Assembly: GCA_043798915.1 (NCBI GenBank)
Contig: JAZDOG010000077.1
Span: 1-34,985 of the forward strand
DNA from: Pseudomonadota bacterium
GTDB lineage: Bacteria; UBA10199; 2-02-FULL-44-16; JAAZCA01
Direction: 5' to 3'
DNA length: 34,985 nucleotides
Positions 16,794 to 24,859 of this stretch are shown piece after piece. The notes under the pieces are model-generated. The model was given only the letters and a program-made list of their open reading frames with translations. It was not told the DNA's origin and made no database searches. Made by a program: the position numbers and the translations under genes. Every line of letters starts with the position of its first letter. Positions within the stretch are counted from its first letter, which is position 1.

Positions 16794-17903
16794 ATGCTGC
16801 TCGTCGGTGCTGCCGGCCGCAATGCCGGCAAGACTGCTCTCGCCTGTTCCATCATCCGCGGGGCCTCGCGGTATCATCGCGTCATCGGAGTCAAGGTAAT
16901 GGCGGTTGGCGATGAACGTGCTGCATGCCCGCATGGAGACGGATGCGGCGCATGCGGGACGCTGCAGGGCAATTTCTCCATAGTCGAAGAAAATAGACGC
17001 GGTTCCGGCAAGGACACCGCGCGCATGCTCGGCGCCGGCGCCTCGCGCGCCTTCTGGCTGCGGGCCCGCAGCGGGCATCTGCGAGAAGGCGTTGCGGCGC
17101 TGATGAGCGAGGTGGGTGAGGGTGAGGTCGTGGTTTGCGAATCCACAAGCGCGCGCTCCGTCATCGAGCCCGCGATATTCCTCATCGCAAAACGCGCGGA
17201 CTCCGACGAACGCAAAAAATCTGCGCGCGCCGTCTGGGATGACGCCGACAGGATCGTGTCGTTCGACGGCCGCTCGTTCGATCTTGAAATAGAAGATATT
17301 CGCTTTGCCGACGGAAGATGGGCGCTGCGGGGGGATGCCAGCGCAATCGTGATGGCGGGCGGCGAAAGCAGCCGCATGGGCGCTGACAAGGCGCTGCTCG
17401 ACCTCGCGGGCCGCCCGATGATCGAGCGCATCGTGAGCATGCTCCGGCCGCATTTTCGAGAGCTGATCATCGGCGCCAATGATGCCGGGAAGTATGCGTT
17501 CACAGGAGTCAGGGTCGTCCCTGATCGCCTGAGAGGCCGCGGGCCGCTGATGGGAATCGCCTCGACCCTGGCGGCATCATCTCACGATCTCAATTTTATC
17601 CAGGCATGCGACATCCCGCACACCGAGCTCCGCTTCGTGCGGAGGATGCTCAGGCTCGCCGAAGGCTGCGATGCCGTGATCCCCAGAACTCCGGATGGGC
17701 ACGAGCCCCTCTTCGCCGTGTATAGAAAGAGCGCCCTCGCCGCGATCGACGAGGCGCTGAAGATCGGCGACGGCAGGATCAGCCGGATATTCGGGATGTG
17801 CAACGTGAAGTTTCTGGATCTGCCAGAGGGGGTGAGGTTTACGAATCTGAATACGCCAGAAGAGTATTCATCCTGCGTGCGCTCCCTGGCGGAACGGTTT
17901 TAG
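16794..17903 (+). CDS. mobA: Molybdenum cofactor guanylyltransferase with N-terminal P-loop (MobB-like) domain
   Basis: N-terminal GAAGRNAGKT Walker A. C-terminal MAGGESSRMGADKA, GPLMGI, ACDIP, EPLFAVY and NLNTPEE. Start 16794 is inferred; the ORF-track extension to 16521 overlaps the small gene. Confidence 0.85.
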   Translation: MLLVGAAGRNAGKTALACSIIRGASRYHRVIGVKVMAVGDERAACPHGDGCGACGTLQGNFSIVEENRRGSGKDTARMLGAGASRAFWLRARSGHLREGVAALMSEVGEGEVVVCESTSARSVIEPAIFLIAKRADSDERKKSARAVWDDADRIVSFDGRSFDLEIEDIRFADGRWALRGDASAIVMAGGESSRMGADKALLDLAGRPMIERIVSMLRPHFRELIIGANDAGKYAFTGVRVVPDRLRGRGPLMGIASTLAASSHDLNFIQACDIPHTELRFVRRMLRLAEGCDAVIPRTPDGHEPLFAVYRKSALAAIDEALKIGDGRISRIFGMCNVKFLDLPEGVRFTNLNTPEEYSSCVRSLAERF

Positions 17904-19103
17904 CTTGAACAAGAGCGCGAGCGCAAATCCCAGCAAGAATCCCACGGCGATGTTGATAGCGAGGCAGGCTCCTGCGGTCATGAGCATGATCAGCGCCGCC
18001 GGGCGCTCTGTCTGATCGCGCGTGACGAGGGCCAGCTCCATGCCGCTCACGGTCAGCATGACGCCAAGCACGCTCGCGGGGAAGGCCCTGCAGAGCGACA
18101 TGAGAGACGCGCCGAACAGAATTGCGATTATTATCTTTGCGGCTCCGAGAAAGAGGATCGAGCCGTTGGTGCGAGCCCCGAAGCGATACTGTCCAGCGAG
18201 ACCTCCTGCGCCGTGGCACATCGGCATCCCGCCGAACCATGCGGAGACAAGGTTCATGAGCCCCACCGATATCGCGACCCTCCGCGGCGACGCCTCACGA
18301 TCCGGAAATAGATCGGCCGATAGCGCGCAGACCGCTACCACGGAGTTCAGCGTGGTCAGGGGTATTTGCGGCAGGGCCGCCTTTGGAAAGGCGGTGATAA
18401 AATCGTGCCATCCGGGCGGCGACCAGCCTGGCAGCGAGAACCCCACGCCGAGCGAACTCAACACGCCAGGATTTTTTACAACGGCAAGCGCAATGCCTGC
18501 TCCGAAGAGGACAAGGGCTGCGGGCACCCGGTTGGAGAAAAAGAGGCCAAGAACCACCAGTGCCGCCAATGCGCCGGTCAGATAGCTGTCTGGGCCAAAC
18601 ACCGCGCCTGTGCCGGCGACCATCTGAAGGCCCTTCATTAGAAGGGAGAGGCCCAGCGCTAGCTGAACGCCGCGGACCACGCTCTTTGGAATGGCCCTAT
18701 TGAGGGTATCGATGAGGCCCGTGAGCCCGAGCACGAGGATGATGATGCTCACGGTGGCGCCTGCCGCCAGGATTTCGTTCACCGTGAGCCCCTGCGTGAG
18801 CGCCACTGCGGCGATCGCCTTCATCGGCTGGACGGCCATGGGGATGGAGAAGGCGAGCCCCGTGATGATGTTGAAGAGCCCGGCGAAGAAGAGGGCGGCC
18901 GCGAAGTTGAGGCCGTTCTGCGCTGACATCGCAACGAGCAGCGGCAGAAACGTCCCCATATCGCCGAGCGAGCCGGCGATCTCATGACGGTCGAGCCGCG
19001 CATACTTAAGCGCGCGGGGCAGAGAGAACCTCGATCTACCCCTCCCTTGCCCTCCCCTTACAAAGGGGAGGGCAGGAGTTTTTGAAACTTCATTCTGAGA
19101 CAT
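17868..19103 (-). CDS. MOT1-family molybdate (sulfate) transporter
   Basis: EIAGSLGDMGTFLP, PMAVQPMKAIAAVA, QIPLTTLNS and PMCHGAGGLAGQYRFGAR. GGTGA SD upstream of ATG 19103. Confidence 0.9.
   Translation of the reverse strand: MSQNEVSKTPALPFVRGGQGRGRSRFSLPRALKYARLDRHEIAGSLGDMGTFLPLLVAMSAQNGLNFAAALFFAGLFNIITGLAFSIPMAVQPMKAIAAVALTQGLTVNEILAAGATVSIIILVLGLTGLIDTLNRAIPKSVVRGVQLALGLSLLMKGLQMVAGTGAVFGPDSYLTGALAALVVLGLFFSNRVPAALVLFGAGIALAVVKNPGVLSSLGVGFSLPGWSPPGWHDFITAFPKAALPQIPLTTLNSVVAVCALSADLFPDREASPRRVAISVGLMNLVSAWFGGMPMCHGAGGLAGQYRFGARTNGSILFLGAAKIIIAILFGASLMSLCRAFPASVLGVMLTVSGMELALVTRDQTERPAALIMLMTAGACLAINIAVGFLLGFALALLFKLKPFRQGAHAG
19033..19072 (-). repeat. REP-like element copy D (in-frame inside the transporter gene)
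   Basis: Minus strand CCCTCCCCTTTGTAAGGGGAGGGcaaGGGAGGGGTAGATC. Confidence 0.88.
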
Positions 19104-19130
19104 TGTTTGATATCACCATTCTGATAGAAA

Positions 19131-20171
19131 TTATGCGATGACCGTTATCCGCCCGCTCCCGTCGAATTCGCCTATCCTGTAAACATCGACGCCGCGTTTT
19201 TTCGCCTCTTCCTCGAAACGCGCTGCCATCTCGGGAGCGATTGCCGCCATGAGTCCGCCGGAGGTTTGCGGGTCAAATATTGCGATGCGGTACGCATCGT
19301 CGACGCCTGCGCGAATGTCGACGCGGCCTCCGAACGTATCGCGATTGCGGAATGCGCCGCCGGGAACGGTCTCATCAGCGATATGGCGAAGGACGCCGGG
19401 CAGGAGCGGCAGCGGCGCGCAGGAGATCGATGCGCCGAGTTCCTTTGCCTCTCCAAGCATTCCGCATAAGTGTCCGATGAGGCTGAAGCCCGTGACATCG
19501 GTGAGGGCATGCGCCCCGGCTGCGATTGCCGCCTCGCTCGCGCCGCGGTTCAAGGTCGTCATGCTGGCCACCGCCGCCGTTTTTTCCTCTTCGGTCGCCG
19601 TTCCTCCCTTGAGCGCAGTGCAGATGATCCCCGTTCCCAGGGGCTTCGACAGATAGATGAGATCGCCCGGCCTTGCGCCTCGGTTACACAGGATGCGATC
19701 GGGGTGCACCGTGCCTATGACGGCCATGCCGTACTTCGGCTCCTTGTCGTGGATGGAGTGCCCGCCGCCTACGATGCATCCCGCCGCCTGTGCGGCGTCG
19801 GCGCCTCCGGCCAGGACTTCCGACAGCATCCCCATCGGCAGGCAGTTGGACCAGCACACGAGGTTGAGCGCCATGAGAGGCGTTGCGCCCATCGCATAGA
19901 CATCGGAGATGGCGTTTGTGGCTGCGATCCTGCCCCAGTCGCGCGGGTCGTCGACGAGCGGCGTGATAAAGTCCGTCGTGAAACATACCGCGAGATCGTC
20001 TGAGACTCTTACCACCGCCGCGTCATCCAGCGTTTCCGGCCCCACGAGCAGCCTGGGATCCACGCAGCGTGCCAGGCGCGCAACTACTTTTTTGAGATCG
20101 CCAGGCCCCATCTTGGCGGCACAGCCGCCGGCTTCCACCATCTGAGTGAGTCGAATGGATTTTTCAGACAT
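19131..20171 (-). CDS. selD: Selenide, water dikinase (Cys form)
   Basis: GGCAAK, DDAAV, DFITP, AATNAISDVYAMG, GGHS, TDVTGF and DPQTSGGL. GAGGAG RBS before ATG 20171. Confidence 0.96.
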   Translation of the reverse strand: MSEKSIRLTQMVEAGGCAAKMGPGDLKKVVARLARCVDPRLLVGPETLDDAAVVRVSDDLAVCFTTDFITPLVDDPRDWGRIAATNAISDVYAMGATPLMALNLVCWSNCLPMGMLSEVLAGGADAAQAAGCIVGGGHSIHDKEPKYGMAVIGTVHPDRILCNRGARPGDLIYLSKPLGTGIICTALKGGTATEEEKTAAVASMTTLNRGASEAAIAAGAHALTDVTGFSLIGHLCGMLGEAKELGASISCAPLPLLPGVLRHIADETVPGGAFRNRDTFGGRVDIRAGVDDAYRIAIFDPQTSGGLMAAIAPEMAARFEEEAKKRGVDVYRIGEFDGSGRITVIA

Positions 20172-20361
20172 AAAATTGCTCCTCTCGTTCATGAAATTGC
20201 GATGATGCGCTAAATATAGCGTCATCTCTGCCATTGCGGCCGGGCAATCTAGGAGGTTCAACAGTGGATGTCAACATGCGGAGGCGTATCCATTTTTGCC
20301 TCGACATTTCAATTGGGTTCAACTAAGGGGCTTCCGTTCTTGGGGGAGCTGACAAGACAGT

Positions 20362-20375
20362 TTGACGCGTGTCAA
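20362..20375. promoter_or_regulatory. TTGAC-N4-GTCAA palindrome (possible CRP/FNR-family site)
   Basis: Perfect 5-4-5 palindrome in the selD/formate-channel divergent intergenic region. Confidence 0.35.
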
Positions 20376-20422
20376 TGTGCGCGCGAGGCGTGGCGCCGCT
20401 GACTGCCTAAAAGGAGGAGAAT

Positions 20423-21283
20423 ATGAGCAGTATGAGCAACATCAACACCCCTGCCGAAATTGCGCAGGCAGTGGTCAATGCATGCAAGATCAAGGTGAAG
20501 CTGTCATGGCGGCCGATGTTTATCCTGGGTATCCTGGCCGGGGCATACATCGCATTTGGGGCGGAGCTTGCCACTCTCATCAGCACCGGGGTTGCGGATA
20601 AAGTCGGTTTGGGCTTCGCGAAGTTTCTGGCGGGCAGCGTGTTCAGCGTGGGCCTCATGCTCGTGGTCATCGGCGGTGCTGAACTCTTCACGGGCAACAA
20701 CCTCATCTTCACAGGTTTTATTATGGGAGAGGTCGGCTGGGTGGAGATGATGCGCAACTGGATCATCGTTTACTTCGGCAATCTCGCGGGTTCGCTGCTC
20801 ATGGTCTACATCATGACGCACAGCGGGCTCGTCGATGGGGCGGTCGGCGTGACGGCCCTCAAGATCGCATCCGCCAAGGTGAGCCTGCCATGGGATCAGG
20901 CCTTCTTCCGCGGGATCGGCTGCAACTGGCTTGTTTGTCTTGCGGTGTGGCTCGCCTTTGGCGCCAAAGATGTGGTGGGCAAGATATTCGCCGTCTATTT
21001 CCCGATCATGGCCTTCGTCGCTTCGGGTTTTGAGCACTGTGTAGCCAATATGTATTTCATCCCTATGGGCATTGCGCTCAAGGCAAATGCGGCGGTCGTC
21101 GCCGCTTCTGAAATCGCGCCTGAGCAGCTGGCCAATCTCACATGGCGGGGATTTGCAATCAATAACCTCGTGCCGGTCACATTGGGCAATATCCTGGGCG
21201 GCGCGGTCTTCGTCGGCGCGGTTTACGCCCTTGCGTATCTCAAAGGCAAGCCGGTGTGCAAGTTAGAGCCTGCAAGCAAGTAA
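20423..21283 (+). CDS. Formate/nitrite transporter (FocA/FdhC family)
   Basis: LAGAYIAFG, GAELFTGN, GNLAG, CNWLVCLA, FEHCVANM and LGNILGG. AGGAGG RBS. Confidence 0.96.
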   Translation: MSSMSNINTPAEIAQAVVNACKIKVKLSWRPMFILGILAGAYIAFGAELATLISTGVADKVGLGFAKFLAGSVFSVGLMLVVIGGAELFTGNNLIFTGFIMGEVGWVEMMRNWIIVYFGNLAGSLLMVYIMTHSGLVDGAVGVTALKIASAKVSLPWDQAFFRGIGCNWLVCLAVWLAFGAKDVVGKIFAVYFPIMAFVASGFEHCVANMYFIPMGIALKANAAVVAASEIAPEQLANLTWRGFAINNLVPVTLGNILGGAVFVGAVYALAYLKGKPVCKLEPASK

Positions 21284-21367
21284 GCGATCTGTTCGTATTT
21301 ATACCATGTGGGGCGCAACGATCGTGTTGCGTCCCATATTATTTGAGGCGATATTCGTGGAGGTGCC

Positions 21368-22552
21368 ATGATCACAAGCGAGCGCGCGCTGGAATTGATC
21401 ACGCGAAAGGCGACCCGCTTGCCCGTCGAGCGGCGGGCCCTGGATCGTTCGCTCGGTTATGTCCTCGCCCGAGACGTCAGGACCGCCATCGATTTCCCCC
21501 CTTTCGACAGATCCGCGATGGATGGATATGCGGTGGCGGGAGGCGATGCCGGTTCGGTGCTGACTGTCAAAGGCGAGATATGCGCGGGTGGACGTCCCAG
21601 GGCTAAAGTCGGGCCGGGGGAGGCCGTGAAAATCATGACCGGGGCGATGCTTCCGCCGGGAGCGGCGCGCGTGGTCATGAAGGAGAACGCCGACATCCTT
21701 GACGGCGGGAGGGTCAGGATAAGGATTGCCGAGGGAAAGGATAACATCAGCCGGAAAGGCGTGGATCTCAAGAAGGGGAGCGTGCTCTACGGCGCCGGGC
21801 AGGCCATCACGCCGGTCGTGCTTGCAAACCTGGCGGCTGCCGGCATCGGCGATGTGAGAGTCTATCGCAAACCCCGCGTTGCGATCCTCGTGACGGGGAG
21901 CGAGCTCTTGAAGCCCGGCGTGAAATATGAAATGGGAAAGATCTACAACAGCAACGGTCCTCTGCTCCATTCGCTTCTCACAGCCCGCGGTTTCAGCGAG
22001 GCGGCGCAGGGGGGGGCGGCCGATTCGCTGCCTGCCCTCGTCTCTGCCCTCAGGAAGGCGTTCGCGGCGTCGGATGTCGTCATCATCACCGGCGGCGTCT
22101 CTGTGGGCGATTATGATTTTGTCCAGCGGGCCTTCGATTCCATCGGATGCAGGTTGCATTTCAGCAAAGTGGCGATTCAGCCGGGCAAACCTTTCACATT
22201 TGCGACGCATGGGAAAAAAACGGTGTTTGCGCTTCCAGGAAACCCGGTCGCGGTCTTTGTCACCTGGTTCCTGTTCGCATTGCCCGCCGTGATGAAGATG
22301 AGCGGAATTGAATTTACGCACAGGAGGCACGCCTGCATCTTCAAGGGCACGCACGTCCGCCGCAATGCAGAGCGCGAACAATATGTCCCCGTGCGGTTCG
22401 CGGCCGGCGATTCGGTCGAGGCGATTCCTTTCCACGGTTCGGGTGACCTCTACTCCTTGAGCAGGGCGGATGCGCTGATGAAGCTTCCGATCGGGAAATC
22501 GAAGGTCGCTGACGGCGAAATGGTTGAGGTTCTGAAGTTGGATGTTTATTGA
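21368..22552 (+). CDS. moeA: Molybdopterin molybdenumtransferase
   Basis: PPFDRSAMDGYAV, IMTGA, TGSEL, GGVSVGDYD, QPGKP and LPGNP. Confidence 0.96.
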   Translation: MITSERALELITRKATRLPVERRALDRSLGYVLARDVRTAIDFPPFDRSAMDGYAVAGGDAGSVLTVKGEICAGGRPRAKVGPGEAVKIMTGAMLPPGAARVVMKENADILDGGRVRIRIAEGKDNISRKGVDLKKGSVLYGAGQAITPVVLANLAAAGIGDVRVYRKPRVAILVTGSELLKPGVKYEMGKIYNSNGPLLHSLLTARGFSEAAQGGAADSLPALVSALRKAFAASDVVIITGGVSVGDYDFVQRAFDSIGCRLHFSKVAIQPGKPFTFATHGKKTVFALPGNPVAVFVTWFLFALPAVMKMSGIEFTHRRHACIFKGTHVRRNAEREQYVPVRFAAGDSVEAIPFHGSGDLYSLSRADALMKLPIGKSKVADGEMVEVLKLDVY

Positions 22553-23043
22553 TGGCTGTGCACGTCGTCGCCGCGGAGCATGTGCCACGCGTGTTCCAGC
22601 GTTTCGCCCAGGCAGGAAACTATCTCCTTCACGGCCTTCGGACTGCCGGGGAGATTGACGATGAGCGTTGTGCCCGCGATGCCTGAGGTTGCGCGAGAGA
22701 GCATCGCGTTCCTGGTGATCGCCATCGAATACGCCCGCATTGCTTCGCAGATGCCCGGGATCTCCTTGTCGATGACGTTCCTTGTGGCTTCGGGCGTTAT
22801 GTCCCTCGGCCCGATGCCGGTTCCTCCGGTCGTGAAGATGAAGTCGAACCGCTTCTGAACGAATTCGTTCAATATATCCTGAAGCATGGAGGGTTCGTCA
22901 GGGACGATCCTCAGTTCGAACCCGACCTGATGATCGCGCAAAAGTTCGGCAAGGGCCTCGCGCGCCGCCGGCCCGCTCTTGTCCTCGTACACGCCCTGCG
23001 ACGCCCGGTCGCTCACCGTGATGATTGCGATGCTGAGGTTCAT
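22546..23043 (-). CDS. mogA: Molybdopterin adenylyltransferase (MogA/MoaB)
   Basis: TVSDR, DKSGP, TTGGTG..PRDITPEAT and NLPGSPKAV. Confidence 0.92.
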   Translation of the reverse strand: MNLSIAIITVSDRASQGVYEDKSGPAAREALAELLRDHQVGFELRIVPDEPSMLQDILNEFVQKRFDFIFTTGGTGIGPRDITPEATRNVIDKEIPGICEAMRAYSMAITRNAMLSRATSGIAGTTLIVNLPGSPKAVKEIVSCLGETLEHAWHMLRGDDVHSHQ

Positions 23044-23045
23044 TT

Positions 23046-23483
23046 TTACCCCTTCGCGCCGCTGTCTCCTGCGTGGAGCATCCCCCCGCGCAAAATCCGC
23101 GCAAACACGCCTTCACGGGGCATCACGCAGTCGCCTGCCTGCTCAAATATCGCGCATCGGCTGTGGCATTCCTTGCCGATCTGCGTGATCTCGATTTCAA
23201 TTGAGTCGCCGAGCTTTAACCTGGCGCCGATCGGCAGTGCGCAGAGGCCGATCCCCTTTGTGGTGATATTCTCGGCAAAATCGCCGGGCCCCGCATTGAG
23301 TCCCGCGGCGCGCATCTTTTCGATGCTCTCGACGGCCAGCAGGGAGAGCTCCCTATGGCCGCTGCCGGCGTGCGCATCGCCGACGATTCCCAAGCCCTTT
23401 TGTATCTCGGCGCGCGGCACAGGCCTTTTTTTCTCGCCCTTATCCCTGCTGATATTGACGGAGACGATGGTGAACGAATGCAT
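23046..23483 (-). CDS. Stand-alone MOSC-domain protein
   Basis: GIVGDAHAG, RELSLL, PGDFAENI and TQIGKECH...C......C.MPREG. Confidence 0.9.
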   Translation of the reverse strand: MHSFTIVSVNISRDKGEKKRPVPRAEIQKGLGIVGDAHAGSGHRELSLLAVESIEKMRAAGLNAGPGDFAENITTKGIGLCALPIGARLKLGDSIEIEITQIGKECHSRCAIFEQAGDCVMPREGVFARILRGGMLHAGDSGAKG

Positions 23484-23504
23484 CAGTGGCTCCCTTTGAT
23501 GTCA

Positions 23505-23948
23505 TCAGAGTTTCTCTTTGCTCACGAGCCTGATCTCGCCGAGCACCATCCCCTTGTCCACCGCCTTGCACATATCGTAGATCGTGAGCAGCGCGCAAGA
23601 GACCGCTGTGAGCGCCTCCATCTCCGCGCCGGTCTTGCCGATGCACGTGATGGCGCTCTCGGCCCCGATCCTGTCCGGCCCCACGTTGAACGCCACGCTT
23701 ATATGCGAGAGGGGGATGTTGTGGCACAGCGGTATCATTTCACCAGTGCGTTTTGCGGCCTGGATGCCCGCGATCTGCGCGGCTGCAAGGACGTTCCCCT
23801 TTGCGATCGCGTTGTCCTGGATCTTCCGGATGGTGTCCGGCGCGAGCGCGATCTCGCCCGACGCCTGCGCAGTGCGGACCTGGTCGGGTTTTTTGCTCAC
23901 GTCGACCATGCGTATATTGCCCGTGTCGTCCAGATGCGAAAAAGTCAT
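23505..23948 (-). CDS. moaC: Cyclic pyranopterin monophosphate synthase
   Basis: MVDVS.K, IPLCH, TGAEMEAL and YDMCKAVD. Confidence 0.97.
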   Translation of the reverse strand: MTFSHLDDTGNIRMVDVSKKPDQVRTAQASGEIALAPDTIRKIQDNAIAKGNVLAAAQIAGIQAAKRTGEMIPLCHNIPLSHISVAFNVGPDRIGAESAITCIGKTGAEMEALTAVSCALLTIYDMCKAVDKGMVLGEIRLVSKEKL

Positions 23949-23949
23949 T

Positions 23950-24762
23950 TCATCCTCCGATCTGACACATCACTTCCTTCTCGTTTTTGACGCCCGCCTC
24001 CGGTTTATTGCGGAGGGCGAGGGCGAACGCCTCCGCGATCCCCGCCTCACGGACATTGACGCCATACCCTGAAAAAAGACACGGCTTGAGCAGGCCGTCG
24101 CAGGTGAGCCTCAAGCGGTTGCAGCGGTCGCACAACCCCACCATCGTGTCGCATTCGACCACGCCCCGGTGGCCGGTCTTGAGATCCATCCTGGGGATAA
24201 ACCGCACTTCAATATCTTTCTCTCGTCCAAAGGCAAGAAAGCTGTCCTTCTCATCGTCGTTCCAGCCATGTATCAGCACGACGTTCAACTTGATAGGGAT
24301 GAGCCCCGCTGCCCTGGCCGCGTCGATCCCCTCAAACACCCTTTGAAGGTCGCCCCCGCGCGTGATCTCGCGGTATTTTTCAGGCTCGAGTGAATCGAGG
24401 CTGATGTTGACGCGATGGAGACCCCGCGCCTTGAGCTTATGGGCGAAATCCGCCAGCATCGAGCCGTTCGTCGTCATCCCGAAGTCCTTGAGTCCCGGCA
24501 GCCTGCCGATCTCTTCGACGAGGAATTCGATGTTTTTTCGGACGAGCGGCTCTCCCCCGGTCAACCGTATCTTGGTGAAGCCCGTGCTCACGGCGTATGC
24601 CGCCACTTCGTGGAGTTCCTCGAGGCTTAAGATTTCCTCGTGTTTCTTCAGCACGATTCCGGCTTCGGGCATGCAATATCGGCAGCGCAGATTGCACTTA
24701 TCCGTCACGGAGATCCGCAGATAGTTGATATGGCGCTGGAAGCGGTCGATGAGCATGGCCAT
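23950..24762 (-). CDS. moaA: GTP 3',8-cyclase
   Basis: YLRISVTDKCNLRCRYC, TGGEP, C-terminal CxxC-x13-C and a terminal IGG. AGGAG RBS before ATG 24762. Confidence 0.95.
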   Translation of the reverse strand: MAMLIDRFQRHINYLRISVTDKCNLRCRYCMPEAGIVLKKHEEILSLEELHEVAAYAVSTGFTKIRLTGGEPLVRKNIEFLVEEIGRLPGLKDFGMTTNGSMLADFAHKLKARGLHRVNISLDSLEPEKYREITRGGDLQRVFEGIDAARAAGLIPIKLNVVLIHGWNDDEKDSFLAFGREKDIEVRFIPRMDLKTGHRGVVECDTMVGLCDRCNRLRLTCDGLLKPCLFSGYGVNVREAGIAEAFALALRNKPEAGVKNEKEVMCQIGG

Positions 24763-24859
24763 GGGAGACAATCTCCTAATCCAGGAAGGACACGGAGCGC
24801 AACGAAAATAAAAAGGTTCATCGCGCAATCGGATATCAGAAAGAATACGGGGATGAGTA

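Noticed and set aside
20190..20230. ModE-binding site upstream of selD
   Set aside because: Only a loose palindrome; spacing does not match CGnTATATA-N-TATATAnCG.
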